Assembly (NCBI GenBank): GCA_963796055.1
Contig: CAWCKH010000004.1
Location: forward strand, 2,400,001 to 2,464,000
Direction of reading: 5' to 3'
Source of the DNA: an uncultured delta proteobacterium
GTDB taxonomy: Bacteria; Myxococcota; Myxococcia; Myxococcales; Myxococcaceae
Length of the DNA stretch: 64,000 nt
The position numbers and the translations under genes are program-made. Below the pieces are notes generated by a model. The model saw only the letters and a list, made by a program, of their open reading frames with translations. It did not search any database and was not told where the DNA came from. The first letter of the stretch is position 1. Every line of letters starts with the position of its first letter. Positions 48,236-57,115 of this stretch are shown piece after piece.

Positions 48236-51200
48236 TCAGGTCGGCTTCGCGGTCAGCGCTCCGTGCCCGGGGGGAGCGGGCGGGGATTCCATCACCGCCA
48301 CCGGTGCGCCCGGTCCCACGGCGAACCTGCGCGCCAGCACGGTGTACAGGACCGGAACCGCGATGCGTGAGAGCAACGTCGCGGCGACCTCGCCGGCCAT
48401 CATGCTGATCGCCAGGCCCTGGAAGATGGGGTCGGCCAGCATCACCGCGCTCCCCACCACCACCGCCGCGGCAGTGAGCAGCATCGGGCGGAAGCGCACC
48501 ACCCCGGCTTCCTCCACCGCGACCTCCAGCGGCATTCCCTCCGCGACTTTGAGCTGGATGAAGTCCACCAGGATGATGCTGTTGCGCACGATGATGCCCG
48601 CGCCGGCGATGAAGCCGATCATGCTGGTGGCGGTGAAGAAGGCCCCCAGCAGCCCGTGCGCCGGAAGGATGCCGATCAGGCTCAGGGGAATCGGCAGCAG
48701 CACCACCAGGGGGATGATGAAGCTGTCGAACCAGCCCACGACCAGCACGTAGATCAGCACCAGCACCGCGGCGAAGGCGAGCCCCAGGTCCCGGAACACC
48801 TCGAGCGTGATGTGCCACTCGCCGTCCCACTTCATCGCCAGCCGCTCGGTGTCGGCGGGCATGGACAGGCCGAACCGCGGCACCCCCTCGCCGTGCGGCC
48901 GGAGCGCGTCCAGCTTCCGGTTCAGCGCCATCAGCGCGTAGACCGGGCTCTCCTCGCTGCCGGACAGCTCGCCGAAGACGTAGCTCACCGGCTCGAGGTT
49001 CTTGTGGAAGATGGGGGGGCCTCCCACCTCCGCCGGACGGACCAGCGTCTCCAGCGGCACGGCTCCCCGCTCGCCCTGGACCGGGATCTGGAGGAGGTCG
49101 GTGAGCCGGTCGCGCTGCGCCGGCGCGAGCCCGAGCACGATGGGCACCCGGGTCGTCCCCCGATCGAGGCGCAGCGTGCCCAGCTCGGTCGCGGGCTGGG
49201 TGAGCGCCAGCGCCTGCACGACGCTGGCCGGGCTCACCCCCTGCAGCGCCGCCCGCTCCCGGTCGACCTGGAGCACCGTCCTCGGGGTCACCGGCTCGAG
49301 CGAGGAGTCGATGTCCACCACCCCCGGGGTGGTGCGGAAGGCCTGGCGCACCTGGCCGGCGTAGCCGTCGCGCTCGGCAGCGGTCGGCCCGTAGATCTCC
49401 GCCACCAGTGTGGCGAGCACCGGCGGACCGGGCGGGATCTCCACCAGCCGCAGCCGCGCCCCGAGCGGCGCGGTGATCTTCGTGAGCTTCGGCCGGAGCG
49501 TGGTGGCGATCTGATGGCTCGATCGCTTTCGCGCGTGCTTGCTCACCAGCTGGACCGCGAGGTCCACCTGCTCGGGCGCACCGCGGAGGAAGGTGTGCCG
49601 CACCATGCCGACGAAGGTCATCGGGACCGGGGCGAGCGAGTGCACCTGGACGGCTTGCACGTCCGGATCCTCGAGCAACGCGTGCCCCAGCTGCTGACCC
49701 ACCGCCAGCGACTGCTCCCGGGTGGCCCCGGCAGGGAGATCCACGAACACCTGGAACTCCGACTTGTTGTCGAAGGGAAGCATCTTCACCCGCACGAACC
49801 CGGTTCCGACCAGCGCCACCGCTCCGGCGAAGAGCGCCACGATCAGCGCCAGGAATCGGAGCCGAGCCCGACCGGAGTGCAGGAGGGTACGGATGATCCG
49901 CCGGTACGTCCGCGTGGACCAGGTCTCCCGGCTCTCGTCCGCGGCGACCTTGTGGTCGTGGCCGAGCAGCCGCATCGCCGCCCAGGGCGCGACCACGAAG
50001 GCCACCGCCAGCGAGAACAGCATCGCCAGGCTCCCGCCGACGGGGATGGGCCGCATGTACGGCCCCATCAGCCCGCGGACGAAGGCCATGGGGAGGATGG
50101 CGGCGATGACCGCGAAGGTGGCGAGGATGGTGGGGTTTCCCACCTCGTCCACCGCATCGAGCACCGTCCGCGCCAGACCCGTCTTCCGCCCGGGGGCGTG
50201 CAGGTGGCGGTGGACGTTCTCCATCACCACGATCGCGTCGTCCACCAGGATGCCGATGGAGAAGATGAGCGCGAAGAGGGTGATGCGGTTCAGGGTGTTG
50301 CCCAGCAGCTGGTTGATGAGCAGGGTCAGCGACAGGGTCACCGGGACGGCGATCCCCACCACCAGCGCCGAGCGCCAGCCCATCGCCAGACCCACCAGCG
50401 CCACCACCGAGAGCGTGGCGATGAGGAGGTGGCGGATGAGCTCGTCCGACCGCTCGCGCGCGGTCTCGCCCGAGTTCCGGGTCAGCTCGACCTGGACCGT
50501 GGAAGGGGTGAGCCCCCCGCGGAGCGTGGCCAGCTTGGCCTTCACCCGATCGGCCAGCACGGTGGCATTGGCGCCCCGCCGCTTGGCCACGTCCACCGAG
50601 ACCGCCTGCTCGAACTCCGGGTGCTCCTTGCTCGCGGTGAGGACGACTGCCGGGTCCCGCTCGGGCCCGTCGGCGACCTGCGCCACGTCCCCGAGCAGGA
50701 TGGGCCTTCCCCCGCGCCGGGCGACCACCAGGCGCCGGAGGGCATCGGGGCCAGTGACCGCGCTGCTCGCCGAGAGCTCCACCCGCCGGTTCTGGTCCAC
50801 CAGGTCCCCGGCGGGTGCCTCGGCGTCGGCGGACAGGAGCGCCTGGCGGATCTCCCCCAGCGAGAGGTCCAGCTCGCGGAGCCGGCGGGGATCCGGCTCG
50901 ACGCGGACCACCCGTCGCGCGCCACCGAGGACCTGCACCTGCGCGGCCTCGGGGATGCTCGACAGCTCCCGCGCCACCTCCTGGCCGAGCTGCCGTAGCA
51001 CCCCCGGCGCCAGCCCGCCGCCGTGGAGCGTGACCGTCACCACCGGCACGTCGTCGATGGCGACCAGCGACACCGTCGGGCGCCCGGCGCGGCGAGACAA
51101 GAGCTCCGGATGGGCCTCGATCTCCTGGCGCACCTTCACCAGGCTGGGCTCGAGCGGCTCGTTCACCCGGAAACGGGCGGTGAGCAACGCCCCGTCGCGG

Positions 51201-51478
51201 GCGCTGCTCGAGTAGACGTACTCCACCCCGGGGATGCCCCAGAGCCGGTGCTCGAGCCCGGTGGTGACCTCGGCCTCCACCTCCTGCGGCGAGGCGCCGG
51301 GCAGGGGAACGAAGACGTCGACCATCGGGACGATGATCTGCGGCTCCTCCTCGCGCGGGGTGGTGAGCACCGACACCACGCCCACGACCAGCGCGGCGGC
51401 GATGCCGAGGACCGTCAATCTCGAGTGGATGGTCCTCGCGGCCAGCCGGCCGGCCAGACCCGCCCGAGGCTCACTCAC
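48236..51478 (-). CDS. RND efflux transporter permease
   Basis: 1080 aa. TPREEEPQI, GILVDDAIVVMEN, GIIVRNSIILVDF, RFRPMLLT. Confidence 0.95.
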   Translation of the reverse strand: MSEPRAGLAGRLAARTIHSRLTVLGIAAALVVGVVSVLTTPREEEPQIIVPMVDVFVPLPGASPQEVEAEVTTGLEHRLWGIPGVEYVYSSSARDGALLTARFRVNEPLEPSLVKVRQEIEAHPELLSRRAGRPTVSLVAIDDVPVVTVTLHGGGLAPGVLRQLGQEVARELSSIPEAAQVQVLGGARRVVRVEPDPRRLRELDLSLGEIRQALLSADAEAPAGDLVDQNRRVELSASSAVTGPDALRRLVVARRGGRPILLGDVAQVADGPERDPAVVLTASKEHPEFEQAVSVDVAKRRGANATVLADRVKAKLATLRGGLTPSTVQVELTRNSGETARERSDELIRHLLIATLSVVALVGLAMGWRSALVVGIAVPVTLSLTLLINQLLGNTLNRITLFALIFSIGILVDDAIVVMENVHRHLHAPGRKTGLARTVLDAVDEVGNPTILATFAVIAAILPMAFVRGLMGPYMRPIPVGGSLAMLFSLAVAFVVAPWAAMRLLGHDHKVAADESRETWSTRTYRRIIRTLLHSGRARLRFLALIVALFAGAVALVGTGFVRVKMLPFDNKSEFQVFVDLPAGATREQSLAVGQQLGHALLEDPDVQAVQVHSLAPVPMTFVGMVRHTFLRGAPEQVDLAVQLVSKHARKRSSHQIATTLRPKLTKITAPLGARLRLVEIPPGPPVLATLVAEIYGPTAAERDGYAGQVRQAFRTTPGVVDIDSSLEPVTPRTVLQVDRERAALQGVSPASVVQALALTQPATELGTLRLDRGTTRVPIVLGLAPAQRDRLTDLLQIPVQGERGAVPLETLVRPAEVGGPPIFHKNLEPVSYVFGELSGSEESPVYALMALNRKLDALRPHGEGVPRFGLSMPADTERLAMKWDGEWHITLEVFRDLGLAFAAVLVLIYVLVVGWFDSFIIPLVVLLPIPLSLIGILPAHGLLGAFFTATSMIGFIAGAGIIVRNSIILVDFIQLKVAEGMPLEVAVEEAGVVRFRPMLLTAAAVVVGSAVMLADPIFQGLAISMMAGEVAATLLSRIAVPVLYTVLARRFAVGPGAPVAVMESPPAPPGHGALTAKPT

Positions 51479-52460
51479 CGGCCACCTCCACCCGCTCTCC
51501 GTCCCGGAGGCTCGCTGGAGCGTCGATGACCCGCTCCCCTGGTCCGAGCCCGGCGAGTACGGGAATCCGGTCCCCCTCCTGCTCTCCGAACCGGAGCCAG
51601 CGGAGCGTCGCTCGCCCGTCGGCGAGGACGAAGACGCCGCTCAGGTCTCCCCGCTGCACCACCGCGGTGCGCGGTACCGCCTGCCGCGGACCGCCCGCCC
51701 CCTTCACCCCGATGCGCGCGAAGTCCCCGCTCCGCAGCGCGGGCGCGTCCTTGGTCGGACGGGCCCGGAAGGCGCTCCGGTGGGAGAGGGGGTCCCCGCC
51801 GGACGAGAGCGCCACCAGCGTCGCCGAGCCCTGAACGGCGCCGACCCGGAATGGGACCTCGGCCCCGACCGCCAGCCCGGCTGCCTCGCCCTCGGAGAAG
51901 GTCCCGGTGAGCTCGAGCGCGGTGCCGTCCAGCTCGAGCAGCGGGGCGCCCGGGCCGACCAGCTGCCCCCGGCTCACCCACTTGCGTTGCACCGCCGCGT
52001 CGAACGGTGCGCGGATGACCGTGTCCGCCAGCGTGGCCCGCGCGGCCTCCACCCGGGCCATCGCCTCCGCACGGGCGGTCATCGCCGCGTCGAGCTCGGT
52101 GGCGGTCGCGGCGTTCGCCGCCCGGAGCGCCTGGATGCGCCGCACCTGGGACTCGGCCACCTCCCGCTGGCTCTCGGCGGCCCGGAGCGTGGCCTGGACG
52201 TCGTCGCCCGACAGGCGGACCAGCACCTCGCCGCGCTTCACCCGGGCACCCTCGGCCACCGACAGCTCGGTCACCCGGGCCGACACGCGGGTGGCGAGCA
52301 CCGCGTGGTCCACCGCGCTCACCGTGGCCGGCACCCAGGCCCGCTCGCCGACCTCCTCGGCCGGAACCAGTCGCACCCTGGCGGGCGGAGCCTCGGGTGC
52401 AGCGGGCGAATGGCTCGCGCTGCAGCCGGCGACGAGGAGAAGGACGACGCTGCGCTTCAC
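51471..52460 (-). CDS. RND periplasmic adaptor (membrane fusion protein), lipoprotein
   Basis: VAGC lipobox, VAEGARVKRGEVLV, IRAPFDA, GLGPGERV. Confidence 0.92.
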   Translation of the reverse strand: MKRSVVLLLVAGCSASHSPAAPEAPPARVRLVPAEEVGERAWVPATVSAVDHAVLATRVSARVTELSVAEGARVKRGEVLVRLSGDDVQATLRAAESQREVAESQVRRIQALRAANAATATELDAAMTARAEAMARVEAARATLADTVIRAPFDAAVQRKWVSRGQLVGPGAPLLELDGTALELTGTFSEGEAAGLAVGAEVPFRVGAVQGSATLVALSSGGDPLSHRSAFRARPTKDAPALRSGDFARIGVKGAGGPRQAVPRTAVVQRGDLSGVFVLADGRATLRWLRFGEQEGDRIPVLAGLGPGERVIDAPASLRDGERVEVAGE

Positions 52461-53770
52461 GGATGGACTCCTTCCACGGGTTGTCCCGAGGCATGCTCCA
52501 GCTCGGCGCGGGCGAAGCGGGCCTGGAGCGCGCTCCGGAGCAGCAGGGCTCGTGCCGAGGTCAGGCCGGTCTCGGCGTCGAGCAGCTCGGTGAGGGGGAT
52601 GAGGCCCTGGCGGTGGCGGGCCTGACGAAGGGTGCGGGTCTGCTCGGAGGCGGAGACCGCGGTGCGCGCCGCCTCCAGCGCAGCGGCCGACGCGGTCAGC
52701 GAGGCCCGGGCCTGCTGCAGCTCGGCGGCGAGGATCCGGTCCTGCTCGAGGCGGCGGGCCTCGGCGGCCACCCGGGTGGACTCGGCGGCGTCGGCGGCCT
52801 TGAATCCGGCGACCGAGCCGCGCCACCGGAAGATCAGGAAACCCATTCCCCAGGTGGTCCCCTCCGAGAGACTGGCGCGCTCGGTCGCCACGCCGCCCTG
52901 CAACAGCAGGGTTGGCCAGAGCCGCCCGTGCGCCTCGTCCGCCGCGGCGACCTGAGCGTCCACCGCGGCCCGCGCGGCCCGGGCCTCGGGGCGCTCCTGG
53001 ACCTCCGTGCTCACCTCGCCCTCGGGCTGCAGGAGCGGGGTGACGAGCATCCCGGGCGCCGGCTCCTGACCGACGAGGAGCGCGAAGCCGGTCCTGGCCA
53101 GGGCGAGCTGCCGCACCGCCGCCGCCCGCTCGGCCTCGGCCTGGGCGCGGTAGGCCGTGCTCCGGGAGCCCTCGGAGGCGAGGAGCAACTGTTGCGCCAC
53201 CCGGGCGTGGACGAAGACCTCGGTGTCGCGGGCCACCCGGAGCGCATCCTCGGCGTAGACCAGCGCCTCCTCGGCGGCGCGGACCGAGAAGTAGGCGCGC
53301 ACCGTTTCCAGCGCCACCTGCGTCTGCATCACCGCCCGGCCGGCGTCCTCAGCCTCGGCGCCGGCGTGGGCCCTCCGCCGCGCAGCCCAGAGCGCCGGGT
53401 CGATGAGCGGCTGCTCCAGCACCGCGGAGAGGCCGAGGCTGCCGCGGGCCGAGGGCGTGTTCAGCCGCGCCGGGTCGAAGTCGGCCGTGGTCAGCTGGCC
53501 CTGGTCGAGCAGCAACGCGAAGTGGTGCGAGGGCTGCGAGGTGACGGTGCCCTGGGCGCCGAGGACGACGGTGGGGCCGAGGGCCCAGTCTGCGGCCTCG
53601 GCGCTGCGAGAGGCGGAGTTGGCCTGGGCCGAGGATGCCTGCAGACGGGCATCGTGGGTCCAGGCGGTACGGATGGCCTCGGTGATGGTCATCTCGGGCG
53701 CCGCGAGGACGACCGGCGAGCAGAGCAGCCCTGCGAGGAGGAGCCCGGACGCGGGTGTGCGAGGAGTCAT
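52457..53770 (-). CDS. TolC family outer-membrane efflux protein
   Basis: Signal peptide, helical OEP repeats (TVRAYF, ELLDAE). First gene of the tripartite pump. Confidence 0.88.
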   Translation of the reverse strand: MTPRTPASGLLLAGLLCSPVVLAAPEMTITEAIRTAWTHDARLQASSAQANSASRSAEAADWALGPTVVLGAQGTVTSQPSHHFALLLDQGQLTTADFDPARLNTPSARGSLGLSAVLEQPLIDPALWAARRRAHAGAEAEDAGRAVMQTQVALETVRAYFSVRAAEEALVYAEDALRVARDTEVFVHARVAQQLLLASEGSRSTAYRAQAEAERAAAVRQLALARTGFALLVGQEPAPGMLVTPLLQPEGEVSTEVQERPEARAARAAVDAQVAAADEAHGRLWPTLLLQGGVATERASLSEGTTWGMGFLIFRWRGSVAGFKAADAAESTRVAAEARRLEQDRILAAELQQARASLTASAAALEAARTAVSASEQTRTLRQARHRQGLIPLTELLDAETGLTSARALLLRSALQARFARAELEHASGQPVEGVHP

Positions 53771-53780
53771 GGACGTGGCC

Positions 53781-53809
53781 TGAGAGCCTCGCCCTCCGCC
53801 GAGCGATTC
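53781..53809 (-). promoter_or_regulatory. ECF-type promoter motif copy 3 (GAAT-N17-GGCTCTCA)
   Basis: Minus strand GAAT-cgctcggcggagggcga-GGCTCTCA, ending 10 nt before the TolC ATG. Confidence 0.68.
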
Positions 53810-53899
53810 ACCAGCCTGGCGTGAACCCTCGCTCGCCCCTCCTGGCTCGAAGGACACGGGATGCCCCGGCGTGCCGGACTGTCCGCGAAACGCTCCCCC

Positions 53900-54095
53900 A
53901 GCTTCGCGAGTCCCCGCGCCGGGCGCGGATGCCACCAGGCGTACAGCCACGCGGGGAGGAAGAGCACGGCCTCGGTCAGCAGCACCGAGAGGCCGACAGT
54001 CCGAGCGCCGTCTCCGCGAACGGGCCCGCCCCCGGCCGCGACTCACGCCAGCGCGCCACGACGACGCCCACCGCCACGTGGCCCAGTGTCGCCAT
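53900..54095 (-). pseudogene. Remnant of a YdjM/DUF457-like membrane metal-dependent hydrolase (internal deletion)
   Basis: N-terminus MATLGHVAVG is joined out of frame near 53990 to a C-terminus GLSVLLTEAVLFLPAWLYAWWHPR. The catalytic middle is absent. The 3' limit is approximate. Confidence 0.55.
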
Positions 54096-54883
54096 CAGCT
54101 CCGGGGACCGGCTCCCGAGCCTCCGGAGCCGAGCGCGCGGTGCCGCTGCACGCGCCATTCCAGGAAGCGCGCCAGCAGTCGCGGTGCGGCGCGGTCCACC
54201 AGCCTCAGCGCGCGGGTCCCGGTGTCGACCAGCAGGAGGAAGCTCCGCGAACGCAGGCTGCGCATCACCGTCTCCACCACCGCCCGCTCGTCGGCGAAGG
54301 CGAAGAGCGAGTACAGCGCCGGGTGGTAGGGGAGGTTTCGCACCATCGGAGTGTCGACCGCGGGTGGGCAGAGCACCGAGAGCGTGATCCCCCGTCGCCG
54401 GAGATCGCCCGCGATGGCCTCGCAGAATCCGAGCACCGCGAACTTCGACGCTCCGTACCCGGCGAACTCCGGCAGTCCCTTGAGCCCGGCCACGCTGGCC
54501 ACGCAGACGAGGTGGCTCCCCGGGCGCAGTCGCGACGCCGCCGCCTTCACCACGTGGACCGTCCCCAGGTAGTTGACCTCCATGTCCAGCCGGCACTCTT
54601 CCACCCGGAGCGCGTCGAGGTCGCCGACGTGGCACACGCCCGCGGAGTGGAAGACCAGCGTCGGCGGTCCGCTCAGGGCATCGAACCCGCGAGCGACCTC
54701 GTCGGCCGAGCGCACGTCCACCACCCCCCGGGTCACTCCCGACCGCCCGGCCAGCGCGGACTCGAGCCGGGGAGCATCGAGGTCCCACAGCTCGACCGAC
54801 CAGCCCTCGTCCAGAAGCCTCGCGGCCACTGCGAGCCCGAGCCCCGATGCACCGCCGGTCACCAGAGCCAGCCGCACCGTCAA
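54095..54883 (-). CDS. Short-chain dehydrogenase/reductase
   Basis: TGGASGLG, SAG, ASVAG, YGASK. Confidence 0.92.
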   Translation of the reverse strand: MTVRLALVTGGASGLGLAVAARLLDEGWSVELWDLDAPRLESALAGRSGVTRGVVDVRSADEVARGFDALSGPPTLVFHSAGVCHVGDLDALRVEECRLDMEVNYLGTVHVVKAAASRLRPGSHLVCVASVAGLKGLPEFAGYGASKFAVLGFCEAIAGDLRRRGITLSVLCPPAVDTPMVRNLPYHPALYSLFAFADERAVVETVMRSLRSRSFLLLVDTGTRALRLVDRAAPRLLARFLEWRVQRHRALGSGGSGAGPRS

Positions 54884-55335
54884 CCCGCCTCTCCGGCGCG
54901 GGCGAGGCCACGTTCCAGCCGTTCGACCACCCCGAGCAGCGCTCGGCGGTCCACCCGACCCTCGGTCGCCTCCGAGAGCGAGAGGAGCTGCTCGAGCACC
55001 CAGCGGGAGACGAGGAGCAGCGCCGGCCGCTCCCGCTCCAGGATGCCCACCTCCTGATAGCGGCGGTTGCGCATGTAGTCGTCGTAGGCCTCGTGCTCCC
55101 GGCCGAGCTCCCAGCGCACCAGCCGGAGGGCCGCGGGGAAGACCGCGGGAGAGGGGCGCGCAGCGTCGGGCGCGAGGAGATCCACCATCTCGCCGCCGGT
55201 GCGAGCGTCAATCTCCTGGACTGGCAGCGGCCAGCGTCCCAGCTCGTCCAGGAGAAGGCGCGCCGCCTCGTCCGCCAGATGCTGCTCCAGCGGCACCGGC
55301 TTCTGGTCGAGGATGCGGTCCCAGCGGCCGCTCAT
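54880..55335 (-). CDS. Hypothetical protein
   Basis: MSGRWDRILDQKP..., with 4-nt overlaps to neighbours and typical codon usage. Confidence 0.7.
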   Translation of the reverse strand: MSGRWDRILDQKPVPLEQHLADEAARLLLDELGRWPLPVQEIDARTGGEMVDLLAPDAARPSPAVFPAALRLVRWELGREHEAYDDYMRNRRYQEVGILERERPALLLVSRWVLEQLLSLSEATEGRVDRRALLGVVERLERGLARAGEAG

Positions 55336-55570
55336 GAGGCCGCCCCCGACGGCTGCTCGATCTGCACGAGGAACGCAAGGAGCAGCGCGGCGCTCACCAC
55401 CGCGACACCCACCATCGTCACGGCCAGACCGATGCCCTGGCCAATCCCACGCGCCTGCATGACCAGCACCATGCCTCCGATCGCCAGCGACATGAAGGTG
55501 GGGGCCAGGGACAACCGAGCGTGACCAGCGCCGCGGCCGGCGTCCAGCCCGGCGAGCCCGTTTCCTGCAC
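55332..55570 (-). CDS. Small hydrophobic membrane protein, possibly frameshifted near 55514
   Basis: GTG 55570 gives MQETGSPGWTPAAALVTLG, which continues naturally into LSLAPTFMSLAIGG... after a 1-nt shift. Alternatively it starts at TTG 55514. Confidence 0.45.
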
Positions 55571-55623
55571 GTCACGCGGGGAGCGCTTGCGCCGGTCGCC
55601 CGTGCGATGGGACAGATCGCCCC

Positions 55624-57111
55624 ATGCCCGATGCCCGCAGCCTGAACCCCCGGCTCCCCGAGCCCAAGCTCCTCGTCGACGGCGAGTCCGTCGCCCCCGC
55701 GGAGGGAGGCACCATCCCGATCACCAACCCCGCCACCGGCGAGACGTTCTTCCATGCGCCGGCGGCCGGGGTGTCCGACGTGGACAAGGCCGTCCACGCT
55801 GCCCGCCGCGCCTTCGAGTCCGGGCCCTGGTCGCGGATGAACCCCAGCGCCCGCGGCAAGCTGGTGCGCACGCTGGCCGAGGCGCTCTGGGAGCGGCGAG
55901 AGGAGTTCGCCCTGGTCGGCTCGCTGGAGAACGGGAAGACCTTCCGCGAGGCCATCCGCGGCGACGTTGCCCCGGGGAGCGCCACCCTCGCCTACGCCTC
56001 GGAGTGGTCCAACAAGCTCGCCGGCGAGGTGCTTCCGGTCGACGGGAGCTTCCTCACCTACGTGCTCCGCGAGCCGGTCGGCGTGGTCGCGGCAATCGTC
56101 CCCTGGAACTACCCGACCTGCCTCGCCTGCTGGAAGCTCGGGCCGGCCCTGGCCACCGGCTGCACCGTCATCCTCAAGCCCAGCGAGCTGACCCCCCTCA
56201 CCGCGATGAAGCTCGGCGAGCTGGCGCGCGAGGTGGGCTTTCCGCCGGGCGTGCTCAGCGTGCTCCCGGGCTACGGCGCGCCCACCGGGGAGGCGCTGGC
56301 CCGGCACCCCGGGGTGGACAAGATTGCCTTCACCGGCTCGATCCGGACCGCGCGGCGGCTCCTGCACGCCTCGGCGGACACCAATCTGAAGAAGCTCACC
56401 CTGGAGCTGGGCGGGAAGAGCCCCCAGGTCGTCTTCGCCGACGCCGACATGGGCCGCGCCGTCGAGGCCTGCTTCTGGGGCATCTTCGGGAACAAAGGCG
56501 AGGTCTGCAACGCCGGAAGCCGGGTCCTGGTGCACGCGCGGGCGCACGACGCCTTCGTGGAGACGCTGGTCAGCCGGGCGCGGCAGATGGTGGTCGGCGA
56601 CCCGCTCGATTCCCGGACCGAGATGGGGGCGCAGGTGAGCACCCACCAGCTGGAGAACATCCTCCGCTACATCGACTCGGGAAAGAGCGAGGGCGCGACC
56701 CTGGCCTGCGGGGGGGAGCGGGACGCCGAGGGGGTGAAGGCGAAGGGCAACTTCCTCAAGCCCACCGTCTTCACCGATGTGCAGCCCCACATGCGCATCG
56801 CCCAGGAGGAGATCTTCGGCCCGGTGCTCTCGGTGATGCGCTTCCAGGACGAGGGGCAGGCGCTGAGGATGGCCAACGGGACCAGCTACGGGCTGGCGGC
56901 GAGCATCTGGACCCGCGACGTGGCCCGCGCGCACGCGCTGGCGAAGAGGATCCAGGCCGGGGTGGTGTGGATCAACTGCTTCAACGAGTTCGACGACGCG
57001 GCGCCCTTCGGCGGCTACAAGGAGTCCGGCTGGGGCCGCGACCTGTCCGCGCACGCACTCGAGAACTACACCCAGCTGAAGACGGTCTGGACCCACCTCC
57101 CGGAGGTCTGA
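55624..57111 (+). CDS. Aldehyde dehydrogenase (gamma-glutamyl-aldehyde dehydrogenase-like)
   Basis: PWNYP, FTGS, LELGGKSP, GEVCNAG, EEIFGPV, FGGYKESGWGR. Confidence 0.93.
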   Translation: MPDARSLNPRLPEPKLLVDGESVAPAEGGTIPITNPATGETFFHAPAAGVSDVDKAVHAARRAFESGPWSRMNPSARGKLVRTLAEALWERREEFALVGSLENGKTFREAIRGDVAPGSATLAYASEWSNKLAGEVLPVDGSFLTYVLREPVGVVAAIVPWNYPTCLACWKLGPALATGCTVILKPSELTPLTAMKLGELAREVGFPPGVLSVLPGYGAPTGEALARHPGVDKIAFTGSIRTARRLLHASADTNLKKLTLELGGKSPQVVFADADMGRAVEACFWGIFGNKGEVCNAGSRVLVHARAHDAFVETLVSRARQMVVGDPLDSRTEMGAQVSTHQLENILRYIDSGKSEGATLACGGERDAEGVKAKGNFLKPTVFTDVQPHMRIAQEEIFGPVLSVMRFQDEGQALRMANGTSYGLAASIWTRDVARAHALAKRIQAGVVWINCFNEFDDAAPFGGYKESGWGRDLSAHALENYTQLKTVWTHLPEV

Positions 57112-57115
57112 AGCC

